The notes below the pieces were generated by a model, which was not told the DNA's origin, searched no databases, and saw nothing but the letters and a program-made list of their open reading frames with translations. Position numbers and translations under genes: made by a program. From Tubiluchus corallicola (taxonomy: Eukaryota > Animalia > Priapulida): a stretch of DNA of 64,000 nucleotides. This document shows, piece by piece, positions 13,561 to 26,673 of the stretch (positions within the stretch are counted from its first letter, which is position 1; each line of letters begins with the position of its first letter). Where the stretch lies: positions 1 to 64,000 of the forward strand of contig JAQGDQ010000352.1 of assembly GCA_030141605.1 (NCBI GenBank), read 5' to 3'.

Positions 13561-15759
13561 TAGCGATCAACTTTGAAAACTGACTGGGGGTGGTGACTGT
13601 AGATTGAATGATCCATACGCAGCTTACAAGTTATACGCCTCAGATGGCACAATTTTATGGTTAGTGGTTCCGTGGTTCAGATTTCCGCAACCACCGGCCA
13701 CTGAGGAGTGGATATTAATAACTTTTAAAACTACATCCCCCTGTGACTCTAACCGACATTGAACAGACGCTTTATATAATCAACATCTCCAACAGGCAGT
13801 TACATAAGTTATGTGCGTGCAAAGGACTTTAAGGAGCCCTCTTCCTCTCTTTTGGGAACAAGGATGCCCATATATTGTAAACATCTGTGAATGCTGGGAT
13901 AAACCAATAATTTTTGTAATTTCCTATTGAAACTAGGGTGTTATAATTTTGATTTTACGATTACATAGTTCAGTGACAGAATGAACAAAATTTGCAAACG
14001 AAACTTGACAAAAAAGTGGAACCGCGAAGAATCTCTTGTGGCGTTTTTAACTGCGCAAGACTTTTGAGCCATTTCCAGTTGATTGTGGTGTGTTAGGCCA
14101 GCATACACTGTAGCGTATTATAGGTAGTGGCGTGTTAATTAAAATTTCACAAATTCGATCGTTGAAATATAAATGATATTTTTTTTCATTTTTAGTTTGA
14201 TGTTGACAATTGCTGTTTGGTTTATCGCGATGATATTTAAAAACGGCTATAAATGTCGGCTATCACAGAGAGTATCCTTCACAAAACAAACATGCTAAAA
14301 TTGCCAACTTTTGGTCCTAAGAGGTGATTGTCGGTGATTCTTTAGCAGGTCCTTCGACCAAATAATTAAGATTTTAAATCAGCAGAAGGCAGGTTTATCA
14401 GTAATTCACATAGTTGTCTAATTAATCTCATTTGCCGGTGAAAAGTTGTTTACACACTAGAAGGTCGGTAAAGGATGTAGAAGCAAGATGTTAATCAGTT
14501 ACTTGAAAAACAAATTAGGTCTCGGAGGCCACGAACAGAATCAAAATGGTTGTGGAATAAAAAAATTTCGAATTTCTAATCTTTATTTTTGGCTTAACGC
14601 TTTTAACTCAGAGATTCATATGAATGGAACAAATTGCTGATTAAGCGACTGAAAAATGATCAGGGCCTGATTATGACCTTTAGAAGCCCCCTAGGCTAAC
14701 GAAATTATGGGAGCCCCCTCAGACGAAGTCAACCCTTTAGCTGGTCCGCCGTTGTGTTGTGTTACAGGCTAGTACTGCATATGACTCTAAAATCTACAAC
14801 AAGTAAGCAAAGTTTTTCAGTAAACAAACTAAAGGCTGTGAACCACCACTTAAGGGAGGATCTACTACTAATGTAGAAGAGTTGTGGCAGAACAGGAATC
14901 TAGGTACCGAATCCTTTAAGATTTAAAATGGAACCGGTCTTTGCCACATTTGGTTGTATACGTCACAACTCCGCGACAGAAATACTGGAGGCAGTTCGGT
15001 AAGTGAAACTGGTCAGTTCGGTGGTCATCCATTCATATATCAACACTGCTCTCCAGTGCTTAACTTAAGTTAGATTTTGCAGTATTTTCATTTTTTTTTA
15101 TTTATGTATTTGTGCTGTTTGGACTAGATTTATGGAACAAATAATTAATTCAATTCAATTATTACAGCCAAGGAAACATCATAATTATTCAGCTATTTTC
15201 TTTATTTAGGTTTAGATTTAGATATTTATTTATTAGTGTCAAAAATACATACAAGACATACACACAATTTCAATTCTGAAATATAACAAAAGCAAGACAT
15301 ATATACAATTTCGATTTTGAAATATAATGACATTATAAACAAAACAATTACTAATAAAACAAATACACATTTAATACACATTAGCTTCACATGTATAGTA
15401 GAACATTCTCATTGAAAATGACAATTAGTATCCTAACTACTTGGAGCGAAACGTTTGTTAAATAGAGAAATGTTTTCAATACAAAACACCATTCAGCTAC
15501 GCCCTTAAAACACATAATGACAATAAACCAGAAATCATACGCGTTCACAATTTTTTGCACAAAAAACAGGAACCGAGACAAGTAAAAGCCCTTTGGAAAG
15601 CCCTTTAAGTCAAAAAAAAGTTACGTCCAAACTATGTAAGAATATTACAGTGAAGAAAAAAGCTTCTCTGGCATCACAGACATACGTCCCGTGGCTTAAT
15701 TAATATAAAACAATGTGCCTCAGCTCTATCCAACGCTGAATGCTGAATGCGTCAAAGAA

Positions 15760-16345
15760 AATAAAATATAAAATTCTTGTAAAGCGAATGCAGCTTTCCA
15801 ATACGTTACCTCGAAGCGCATTTACAAGAGTGATACTGCGCTTCTTAGATTTAATGATGCCACTGTAGGTGAAGATTCTGCCAAAGTTGATATATTATCA
15901 AATATTTTTGCAGGCGACAATTTAAGGTACCACGTGATTAAAGCTAACGTAAAATTTTCTGTACAAAAAGTCTACCACGTTTTAAAAAATTTGAAAACCA
16001 AATGCAGTCACACCCCAGATGGCTTATCGAGCATTTTGTTTTATAAAATTGCCCATTACTTAGCGGCTCCTTTGGGAGCTATTTTTGAACTATGTTTTCG
16101 TTTTCATACTATGCCTACGGTTTGGTTAACCGCAGATATTATTCCAGTTTTTAAAAAAGGTGACTCGTCAAACCCCCGTAATTATCGATCAATTTTATTA
16201 GCTTGTGTTACCTGCAAAGCAATGGAAACTTACATTAAAATGAATTGTTGTATCACTTGTTAACTTATAAACTTATCACAAAAGCACAGCACGGTTTTTT
16301 AAAGGCTAAATACACTTTTACTCTGAATGGAGCAAATTCTTAGAC
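15760..16345 (+). mobile_element. Decayed non-LTR retrotransposon (CR1/Jockey-like) ORF2 reverse transcriptase fragment
   Basis: ORF 15934-16263 has PDGLS...P..W..A.IIPVFKKGDSSNPRNYRSI.L..V.CK.ME, followed by a frameshifted LITKAQHGFLK; AATAAA(TCTAA)n tail at ~16473-16503. Confidence 0.9.
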
Positions 16346-16540
16346 AAAGGGAAAAACGTGGGCCACCGAAAGTGCATTCATGCCTGGTGACTTTCTCCCT
16401 TCCTAAAACATTAGCTAATCATATTTAGTTGTAATGATATTAATGTAAATGTACAATTGTCTATTTGAACGGAATAAATCTAATCTAATCCAATCTAATC
16501 TAGAAGTTTGAAATGAAAGAAAATGTAAAAAAAACTTCGA

Positions 16541-16603
16541 AAGCAGCCTGGATTTGAACCAATGTGCTTCTGCAAACGCCTTGCACCACTAGACCATGCA
16601 CCA
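16541..16603 (-). mobile_element. tRNA-derived SINE head
   Basis: Minus strand TGGTCTAGTGG (A box) ... GGTTCAAATCC (B box); anticodon arm missing, so not an intact tRNA. Confidence 0.6.
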
Positions 16604-16714
16604 CTTTCAGACGGCCAACCAAGTGTAACATTTCCAATGTTAGATCGCTCACACTACAGTGATTCTAACGAAATGTGGGTAGATTAATTTTTCTTCATTT
16701 AAGTAATATTCATT

Positions 16715-17135
16715 GCTTAAATCACAAGAAAACACACCTCAGAAATAAAGCTTAAAAATTCGCCTTGAGATTTTGTATCACTTACATGCTTACCGTTAGG
16801 CGCAGCCATTTTAAGGGTAAGACGTTTCAAACAAGTTTGTGATAATATTGCGTAAAGTTTGAAAAAATAATCAGAGCATTCGTAGCACACATCTCACTAA
16901 TTAAGCAAAAGTACTTTATCTTGTCAATAGGATTAAAAATACATTTTTGGTGAGTTTGTTGTGCACATTGGGAAGGTGAATCAGCGACATTTTACCAGTT
17001 GTCAGTACTTTTTAAATAATAAGAAATTTTCTCTACTGGTTACATAAGTCTTTCAAACAGGTAAGCGTAATAATAAATAAAATAACTTTGTGTGGGAAGT
17101 TTTTGAGATATACTTCAAAATTGACTTTCGTCCTA
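16715..17135. mobile_element. Dispersed repeat, copy 1 (homologous to ~46930-47455); probable non-autonomous DNA transposon interior
   Basis: Shared blocks cacaagaaaac, aaaaattcgccttga, cacttacatgct, cagccatttt, gtaaagtttgaaaaaataa.cagagcattcg, cagcgaca.tttacca. Confidence 0.75.
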
Positions 17136-17904
17136 CTGAAAAAAGAAAAGTCACTGTGTGTGGTTTAAAATTGCAGACAGAATTTCTCTGAGGTTTAGAC
17201 ACAATCTGCAACTATGGCAATCACTTCTTTGCTATAATTTCTGCAGTACAAAACGAAAACTAATCATTTGCTTCCAGGCAATTAAACAATTATCACTTAT
17301 TTGCTCACCTAACGGATGTTTACCTTTCACAAATAGCGTAGATCCTTGAAATGTTGTTGCTTTCAAAGATGAACAAACACTGTTTAACAAACGCTGTTTT
17401 GTGTTATCTCATTAAGCCGGGAATAATTAAATTGAATTTAGTGAGTAACGTTTCTTGGAGGCATGTTCACAACACTGTACAAATTTTTAACGAATCAAAT
17501 TTATTTGTAAACATGGAATATATGTAAAAAATGCTACATAATCTGTACGAGCTTAGTGGATAAGTTTGGTAACCCAATTCCATAAAACTGGTAGTTAATA
17601 ACGGCTTGAAAGCGATTATTATAAGGGTTTTTCGTATTCGCGCTATGCCTAAATAGCTAGCGGATATATATATTCTGCTATTATATAATTACATTGTGCA
17701 AACAGCATAAATTATGAGTGAAATACGTTTATGGTACGATGACCATTCAGCAAAGCATGTTATCGTAAAAATTATAGTTCTTTTGCAAGCATTTTCGTCT
17801 TTCTCACGATTTAATAAATTCTAACTTCTAACAAAGGTCAATAGATTAACCTAGTTTAAAACTGTAACCCCACAGTCGCCGCTGCTACCACAAGAGCAAT
17901 AATA

Positions 17905-17921
17905 TTCACGATAACAACGAT

Positions 17922-17999
<78 letters not shown>

Positions 18000-18096
18000 A
18001 ACTACTACTACGACTACTACGACTACTAGCACTACTAACACCACCACCACCACCACCACCACCACCATAACCACCACCACCACCACCACCACCACC

Positions 18097-18127
<31 letters not shown>

Positions 18128-18160
18128 CCACCACCACCACTACTACTATTAATAATACTA
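17905..18160. repeat. Compound trinucleotide microsatellite (AAC)n-(ACT)n-(ACC)n
   Basis: Directly visible; explains the spurious poly-Val ORF 17856-18185. Confidence 0.97.
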
Positions 18161-20224
18161 CTATCTTACTGGTGACAAAATTCAATAGTACCTGAATTTA
18201 TGACTTTGGAAATGGAATCTACCAGCTATGCTACAAGTATGCTATGCTTCAGACTCCTGTACGCTTATTCCTCACGAAAACAATGAAAGTCAGTAAAAAA
18301 CCTCTGAACATGTGGGAAGAGAGATTTCACTCTACCTGTCTCAACAGAGATTACGAGCTTGAAGTCGTACCTGATGGTAACATGCATTTGTTCTGGAACC
18401 TAACGATGACAATAACGTGTTCTTCTTCAAACGATTTTTCAATTTGGGCGCTTTGCAAACTTTAGAAGTTCCACAGATATCTGATGGGCTCAACATTCTG
18501 CCATTACAGTGCTGCTTCCGGCGACAATGGATAAGTTGTCAGGGAAAATCCACAACTGTTGAAAATGATGTTTGCATCCCATTTGAAATGTGAAATTTGC
18601 GGGGTTCAAACAGTAAGGCGTAGCGGATATTATATTGACTGATAACAGTCATTAAACCATTCAATTGAACCGGTGCTGATACTTCAGTAGATTGCATGCT
18701 TTTAATAAAGTTGATAAATTTCATAAGAAATAATCTTTTCCACGGTCACTGCTTACGCATTTTTCCTACATTTTTGAACTCTGGTCCCCTTTGTAGATAA
18801 ACTGAAAACAACTTAACTTGAGGATTTCAATGGTCAGAAACAACTACCGAGTTCGGGACCCTTAAAAAGCTGTTATCTCTCGGGGAGGTCGAAAGCGCTA
18901 CACCAGTCTCGTTTAATATGTAAGCTGTTGATTGCAAAGCACTTACGCATCTAGGAGATTTTAAGCTGGTGGCGCCATCTACTAACTGACAACGAATCGA
19001 TGCCACTTTATGCCTATAACTATTTCTCACGAAATCCACATGTATGGTATTTTACACTATAGCTTTTGACTATATTATTTTCATTACTTCTTCAGTTTGA
19101 TTACTTCCGTTTATAGAGCTTAAGAGCTGTACGGTGTATATTAAGTTTTACTTTTCTTTCTAGTGACACATTTTGAAACTATTAACTAGATACTTTTGTG
19201 AAACTGACTGCTCATTTGAACTATGTGCATTTTTGACACAGTATTCGCCATTTGAAAAAGCAGAAAAGGGCTATAAGTTCTACATTGAATTTGTATGATA
19301 AATTTTTCCATATATTTATAGACAATCGTACCTACATTAATGTATTTAATGAAACATATTATTCAAATTGACGTTTTGGGTTTTTTGCTCGTTTTAGTTA
19401 AAAGAAAGCACAGTGAGTATTGCAAAATAAAGAAAACTCAACTCAGAAATTAAAAACATTATTTATACGACTTTATTTTTATAATGTATACACCTATAAA
19501 AGAAAAAAACACAAAATTTATGCTGTACAAAACAGCTTTAGCCGTCAATAAATCCATAATTATTAGACAATGAAGACTGTATGTCTTTAGCAGACCAGCT
19601 GCAATTATTTTATTATTGAGCACAACTGAGTTTGATTGTTTTATGAAAGATTGAATACCTATTGCAGTTTTAAACCGCCATACAAAATCACAATTCACAG
19701 CTATACACATACATACACAATTCATAGTGTAGATAATTAGCACTTTCAATTTAGCGTTAAAATCATCTTAATGGTAGACCATACATGCAGAAATTTCTTC
19801 ACAAATGTGCAGTTACCATCATTTTTAATGTGATCACAGCTACTTGTTAAAACAATAAGAACGTGCAACGTAAAAACAATTTTATATTCACCGGTCAAAG
19901 AAACAATGGTCTATAATCAAAACTTAACTCATACATTAATTATAATACAGTCAAATACATTTTACCTACTCTATACAATGATAGCATATAAGTTAATGTT
20001 TTGTTAATGGCCATAGCACAAACTATTATAACAAAATATGAAATGTTTGATAGACCTGCTTTACTTACAGAAAAGCGGGATATACATTGATATTACTGCA
20101 ACATGCTTTATGCATTTGATAAGTTAATACTATTGCTGCGTGGGACATTCACAGAGCTTCAGATTCATTTTAGAATCAGGCACAACAGTTAAATGATTCT
20201 AAAGTCACTTGCAAATTGGTTAGA

Positions 20225-20460
20225 TGCTGCAGATTAATTCTATTGTTATATGAGTAGCAGTTCATAAGTTACGGATCAATTCTATTGTTACAAGAGCAAC
20301 AGCACGCAAGTTGCAAATCCATTTTACTGATTCATAAGCAACAGTACACAAGTTGCGGATGCATTCTGCTGTTGCATGAGCAATAGTACACAAGTTACAG
20401 ATCCATTCTACTGAAACATGAGCTCCAGTACAGAAGTTACACATTCAGTCTTATGTAACA
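20225..20460. repeat. Degenerate 42-bp minisatellite, about 5-6 copies
   Basis: Consensus close to GTTGCAGATCCATTCTACTGTTACATGAGCAACAGTACACAA; explains the 14-aa periodic ORF 20262-20444. Confidence 0.85.
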
Positions 20461-21424
20461 TGCATAGTATATTTCACACAAAAAATCATTTGCATCAATC
20501 CCAGTGGCCTCTCAGTTTACTCTTTGGCAACCATAATATTGCTTTAAATATTAATAATTTTATTTATCATATTGACTAGACAACTAAAATCAATTATCCT
20601 TTCAAATATGGGATGGCTGGCAATGTAAAATTAATAAAGTTGATTCGTTATTTATTCTATAAAATACTCAAAATATAGTTACGACAATTTACAAGACCAA
20701 CATGGTGATGAACTCTATATACATAATCAGAAAAACAAAACATTTTCTCGAATGGCACAGGGCTGAGTTAAAATTCCGGCTAAATAATTACAATGCTATC
20801 TACAATACTATCTACAAACATTAAAATATCAATACATGAAACAAATACAAATGCTCCACACGGAATTAAACAATCGTTCGTATTTACATTCTTTATTCTA
20901 GTAGCAGTCATGACCACGTATGTGCAAATGTGACCGTTTCCAAAAAAATTATTAAGTTTTGTCACATAAAGGACAAAGTTCAGCATATTCACCAAAATAT
21001 ATCAATTCATGTAGCATAATAAACAAATCAGAAATAATTGGCATCATGCCACAAATATAACAAAGCGCCATCTTGAGTTGGATAGCAAAATGTTCAATGA
21101 TACAAAGGCACTATATTGCAAACTGAGATCTACAATACTTCAAGGTGGTGTTTTCACAAAACCCAAAACCAAAGCAAACATGTATAGACTTGTCCAGAAC
21201 ATATAGACACATTAAGATCTGCATAGATGCTGTTAAAAAGCCTAAGCTCTGAATTGTTGAGATAATGTACATGTTTATGAGTGCGTAGTGGGGAAACACA
21301 GTCCATCTGAGGTAATATTTTGAGGTTACTGTGAGAATTTGTTTTTGCAGTAATAAATAAAAATCCCGAACAGTTGTGAGTGATGAACAGAGTAGTGAAC
21401 AATTGAAATAGGAGTCTTCAACTT

Positions 21425-21759
21425 TCATTTCTGATGAACCTTCACAAGTTGACGTGGCCTGGCTTGGATGTTGTGAACCTTTGCCTTGTGTCTGCTTAAT
21501 GCATCAGATCGTGTATAAGTTTTTTCACATCCTTGAATATCACACCGACAATCACGTCTTCCACTCATTTTCTCATGGGTTTTTTGATGCTTCCGCAGAT
21601 GATCTTGTCGAAAGAACTTCTTTTGACATTTATCACACGGTAAACCCCCTTCCCTTTGATGTCTCTTGCTGCGGAGATGGCGTGTCAGCTCCTCTCGACG
21701 TGTGAACCACTTCTTAATTCCTTCATGAAGGCAAAGGTCACAGGGGAATGGGCGTTCTC
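21425..21759 (-). CDS. hkb: Huckebein-like C2H2 zinc-finger transcription factor, last coding exon (fingers 2-4)
   Basis: Acceptor tttttcag|GAGAACGC at 21760/21759; encodes ERPFPCDLC...FTRREELTRH, CDKCQKKFFRQDHLRKHQKTH, CDIQGCEKTYTRSDALSRH. Confidence 0.85.
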
Positions 21760-22342
21760 CTGAAAAAGTCAAATACAATCGTGCATTAGTGTTGCATAAG
21801 ATAATTTCATAACTGTGGAGAAGTTTATTACACAGTCTAACTTCAAAACCTTGTTTTTGGCAACATTGTAAATAAGGCACATAAAATATAGGTGACATTA
21901 ATGTATTCATTGCCCAACTAAGATTGACTAAATAAGTTTTAACTCCCATTTTATACTACACCCAGTTTGTCTACACACACACACAAAAAGAAAATCTGGT
22001 GTTTGTAAAATCATTCTCATTGTCTTTTAAAGGCACCTATGCTTGAAAGATAGAAAAGGGATCAGGAATGATTAGCACTACAGTTTGTCTTTTCACATTA
22101 ATGGAGTTTGTTTGCATAATTGCTCAAACAGATTTCATTTCACAAAACGTTCCATGTGTGAATGCCTGCTGATAGGAAATCATCTTTTTGAAAGCAGTTC
22201 ATGATAAGTGAATTCGATAAAAACGTAGCTAAATGTATTCTTTATACTTCTGATTACGCCAGATATATTTGCTGAAAAACTACTGTAAAGATGCAAATCT
22301 GATCCATTGTTTTAAAATCAGTACTTTTGCCTCTAAATTTAC

Positions 22343-23207
22343 CTGTATGAGATCGTATATGACCATCAAGTTGACCTTTGTTGCTGCACCTCTTGTGGCA
22401 ATGTGGACATTCAAACTTCTTTTTTCTCTCCTTGGCAGTGTTAGCTTTTTCAGTTTTTGGCATTGGTATTGGGAGTTCATCATCTTGCGCTTTTTGTGCG
22501 CTTACATCCATATTGCATATTTGAAAGACATTTTGCATTTTGTTTTCATTGTTTGGCATCTCATCTATCATATGGACTTCAGTCTTATGTTGCAGGATAA
22601 TTGGCATAAAGATCTTTGGTGTGCATTGATAAATACCGGGATGTGAATACTGCGAGCTGCTGTTGTTTGTTTGGCTATAGTGCCAATGGTTATAGTTTTC
22701 TGCATTAGGTAAGTTGGAAATGCTGCATGTAGACTTCAAGGCATTGTACATGGAAGCTCTAGATTCTGGCCTTTCCACTTTACTTATTGATCCAGGCCTA
22801 GCACCAATTGGTAGGATCGCTTTTGTTTGTTCAGCTATAAGATTTCCAGCATTAGATGCCAAATCCAAATTATGTCTTTCCAAAAAATGTTTTTTTAGCC
22901 CTTTAGCAAATGAGGCTGCCTCTGGTGGAGGGGTCAGCTGTTTGACTACCTCCAAGCTTCCGAAACACTGACCAATCCTCTCGACATATTCCATGTCTGA
23001 CTCCTCCTTTGGTGGAGACAGAGGATTATCTGAATAATTGTGGAAGTAGGACTTTGATAATCTCTCATCACCCATTGGCTGCAGAAAATGTGTCTCCATA
23101 CAAGGATAGATTCCTGATACCTGGTAAATTGATCCATTAGTTGCTGCTGCAAGAGACCAACCAGAATGAGCACCAGAAGAATAAGTGAGTGTTTCTTCAA
23201 CAGACAT
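22343..23207 (-). CDS. hkb: Huckebein-like zinc-finger factor, first coding exon (N-terminus and finger 1)
   Basis: ATG at 23207; ends KKFECPHCHKRCSNKGQLDGHIRSHT-G|gtaaat (donor 22342); phase-1 join restores TGERPF. SNxGQLxGH, RxEELTRH and RxDHLxKH match Huckebein as recalled; total 399 aa. Confidence 0.85.
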
Positions 23208-23585
23208 TTTTTCTAAGTGCTTCCCTGGAAATTCCTGGAAAAAACGTTTCGCCTTAGTACAATAGCACTTTTACAAAAAAAAAAAAAAAAATGAGTCTGC
23301 ATATTTAAATAGTCACTAACAAGCGTTTTCATTATAGCTCAGATTAAAAATATAATGAGCAATGCTATTACGACTGCTGCTGCTCCTGTCGCTGCCGTTA
23401 GTGTTTCTGTTGTCATCGGTTGTCGGCAGTAATAATTACATTGTTCATTTTGTCAGAAACTGAAGGCTACATTGTTCATTTTGTCAGAAACTGAAGGCTA
23501 CCTCTAATCTAAAATTATTACTCATACATTATGTAACTTTTACACCGACAAAGTGTAGGTTAGAACCACAGCATTGACATTTAAT

Positions 23586-23863
23586 GGCGCGCTCAGATGT
23601 AGAGATTTCTCTCGCAAATTCTCTCTGAGAGTAATGTTGCAATGTGTTAACCGTTTGGCAACTTCTCTCGCAACTTGTTGCGAGAAAACTTGCCAAGCAG
23701 TGACCACACGTGCAACAAGTTGCAAGAGAAGCTGCCAAGCTGTTCACACATTGCAACTTTACTCTCAGAGAAAAATTGCGCAACAAATTGCCAAATCGTT
23801 TACACGTTGAAACTTCACTCTCAGAGAGAATTTGCGCGTGCAGTGTCTATGTCTGAACGCGAC
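23586..23863. mobile_element. Foldback MITE (Harbinger-like) with internal inverted subrepeats
   Basis: Left ggcgcgctcagatgtagaga...gcaaattctctctgagagt pairs with right actctcagagagaatttgc...tgtctatgtctgaacgcgac; near-palindromic interior. Confidence 0.75.
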
Positions 23864-24469
23864 GCGACGCAACGCAACTGAGAGCAGCTGAAGCTCGGTA
23901 ACTGGCGGCACACGGTGCGCAGCTAGTTCCGAGGATCCAGTCGACATAAGCAAGCTTAGGAGTTACTACGCAGCACAACTCAGTTCCAGCAAATGAATTA
24001 ATGAATTATGAACGATGATACTAATAGTAATAATGATGATGGTGGTGATGACGATTATGATTATGATTATGATAATGATGATAATGATAATAATTACAAT
24101 GTTTTGTTCAGCGACCAAAGGCTACCTCTAACATAAATTCACTAATTCATACCATTACGTAACTTGTGTACCGATTAAGCGTAAGCTAAAGCTATGTTTT
24201 GCCAACGTAAAAATATGTACCAACGCTAAATCTGAAGATCACAAAAGTAATAAAACGCCCATTTATAATAGAGTAGCATAAATACATGCAGTATAGTGCC
24301 GTTATCTTCAAGTATCAAGTGAAATAGGGAATCCCCTACTGATGATAGAAAAGGGGAACCCCATTTACAGTAGGCAGCTGCAATGGAATTTTCGTTTAGT
24401 CGATTTATCGTCTGTACTGTAAATGTGGGCGTACACATATTACGCAAACTGTATATATACATAGAGAGG

Positions 24470-24828
24470 CAGGACTATGACCTAAGGCTCGGGCCTCTAG
24501 GCTAGAGAAATTATGGAGGTCCCCTCAAACGGAGCCACCCTCTAACTAACTCGTAGCCGTCTTGAATATTTTTTACTCCGATATATTTTACCGACATTTG
24601 CATAACTAGAAGTAAACTTAATGCACGTTCTTTAAATAAAGTAGAGTAGATATCTATTGTTTGCCAATAAAAATATTCTTTAAGACATACCAACATCTTA
24701 CTGTTTATTGTAAACTAAATTAGCATACATTCCAACACAATCGTAGTGACAAAACAGATTTTTTACCAAATGTTACCAAAGCCAAAGCTTGAGGGGCCCC
24801 AGGCTGCAGCCTATAGGATAATACGGTT
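24470..24828. mobile_element. Degenerate hAT-like MITE (CAGGGCC...GGGGCCCC...GGCTGCAGCC family)
   Basis: GC-rich ends gggcctctaggc / ggggccccaggctgcagcc...aatacgg; related ends at ~14661, ~32500-33485 and ~52447. Confidence 0.45.
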
Positions 24829-25129
24829 TTGTGAATAGGTACAATTGTATACGTGTGAATTTTATGTATGAAACCTGCACAAAATAAAAACCATTACTTT
24901 TGTGATCATGAACTAAACATTACTAAATAGCATTATAAATATTTTGTCGTTTTGGGTAAACTTTTATTAGTATTGCGGTGTCTAAACTTTGAACAGCTTG
25001 ACACAATAATGTACTGCAGTAGGCCTAACTGCTTTATTTGCAAATAGTAATATTTGGTGTTGTCACACGCGTGGTGGCATAATAACTCGGTTTGCCACGT
25101 GCAAGCGGAAGCTTGTCTGTGCTATTCAA

Positions 25130-25445
25130 GAGTTAATGTAAGAGGCAGGAGTAAATTACTACAAGCAGGAAATCCGACCTTTGCTCGGAAAGTTACTGCG
25201 CTGGCCCATTATGTATGGCATTTGATACTTGTGACAAGACTCGAACATGGTCTTCGTCAACTTAAATCTCTAAGATGAGCCACTGAACTAGCAGAGATGT
25301 CACACTCTCGCTAAATGGATAAACACTAGAATCAATGTCGAAAATGACACAACCCAGACGAGTATTGAACCCAGATGGTCACAAATCATTTACTGAACGG
25401 CTTTAGCATTTCTTAACTTTGGTACATGCTGTAGCCACTCGGCTG
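25130..25445 (-). mobile_element. Two adjacent tRNA-derived SINE remnants
   Basis: Minus-strand A/B boxes: tagttcagtgg...gttcgagtc (25230-25293) and cagccgagtgg...ggttcaatac (25355-25445); the second resembles 55742-55810 (+). Confidence 0.5.
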
Positions 25446-26673
25446 TTCACTCGTCTTAAAGAGGAATAATTAACAGTTGAGAAGCTGAATGTTATTTATC
25501 AACGTTCCAGTAAAAGTGGAAACCTATGCGAATTAAAACAAAACAAAAAGCAAAGCTCAGTTCTACATATGGGAGGTGGGGTCATATGAGTAAGTTTTAC
25601 CTAAATTGTAATTTTAAAGAACTAAACTTTATTTTCCTCATCTGAAGTTCGTTTATAGGCGGCTAGTACAAAGTTTTGCCAAGTAATTTTTATGGTGATA
25701 GAAACAAAACTAACTAAATACTCATAACACTGAAAAAACAAGCAATGCCGTTTAAAAATCGGATCAAGGTTCATAACGTGAAAACGATAGTCTTAAAAGT
25801 AAAGCAACGTATCTCTTTGATTTATCCTTTTGACAAATTGATTGGGTCATTTTGTGAAAAAAAAATGCACAAAAGCTCCGTTATGACCCAGTATTCCTGT
25901 CATATAAGTCCAATTCGAGCATGCAATTACGTACGCCCAATGCAGTCATCAGTGCATCATTAACACTTAAGAGCTATCAGAAAGTCTTAAGTAAACAAAT
26001 ATAAAGTTGTGTGGAAAGCTGAAGTCTTTATACTATATTAGTTGTTTAATTGTAGCAGAGAAATTAGTTTATACTTCAAAGCTGGGAGCTATGTATTCTG
26101 TTTGAGTATGGGCCAGCTTTTGCAAATTTGATTTTTTCTTATAATTTAGACTACTATATACAGCTAGCATTATCATTATAAATAAAACTATAGTATGATT
26201 TATAGAGCTTGAAAAGATCTCAGGAAGGGAATAAAGTTTGCGTGTTTACTAAATTTTCAAAAAAATATATAAACTCTTAAAAAGTGGATGTTTCTACGTA
26301 GTCGCTAGCGAAATGCATTTTTAAGTATTGCCTAGATATTTGCCTAGCATATCACTTACTACATAAAGTAGAAACACACTATCTATTAACTCGTTAACGT
26401 ACACAGTAAAAGCCTATTAATAGGCATTTCATCATTTTTCATTACTATGGCGTTGAAAAAAACTTTTATGATTTTAATAATTGTACAATAGTACCTCTGC
26501 AGTCTGCCGTCACAAATGCGTTGTCAAACAACACACATTGACAACATATACAATTCATATTGATCATATTCACGTACTAACGTGTTGCCTCCACACTTCA
26601 GACTACTACACAGAACTCAACGCGAAGCGTTGTTTGGGACACGTCATGTCTATTTTTAGCCATGACAACGTGG

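Noticed and set aside
16541-16603. tRNA genes (also ~25240, ~36050, ~45400 and ~55745)
   Set aside because: A/B boxes are present but there is no complete cloverleaf or anticodon arm; treated as SINE heads.
16794-16809. Apparent first coding exon AAAATGGCTGCGCCTAACG|gtaagc (minus strand, MAAPN), phase-compatible with the 3863-3883 micro-exon
   Set aside because: It lies inside a dispersed repeat (homolog at ~47000-47100), so the ATG and donor are probably transposon sequence; a 13-kb junction is unsupported without RNA data.
23529-23953. Cluster of overlapping short ORFs on both strands
   Set aside because: Produced by the palindromic MITE; the ORFs mirror each other.
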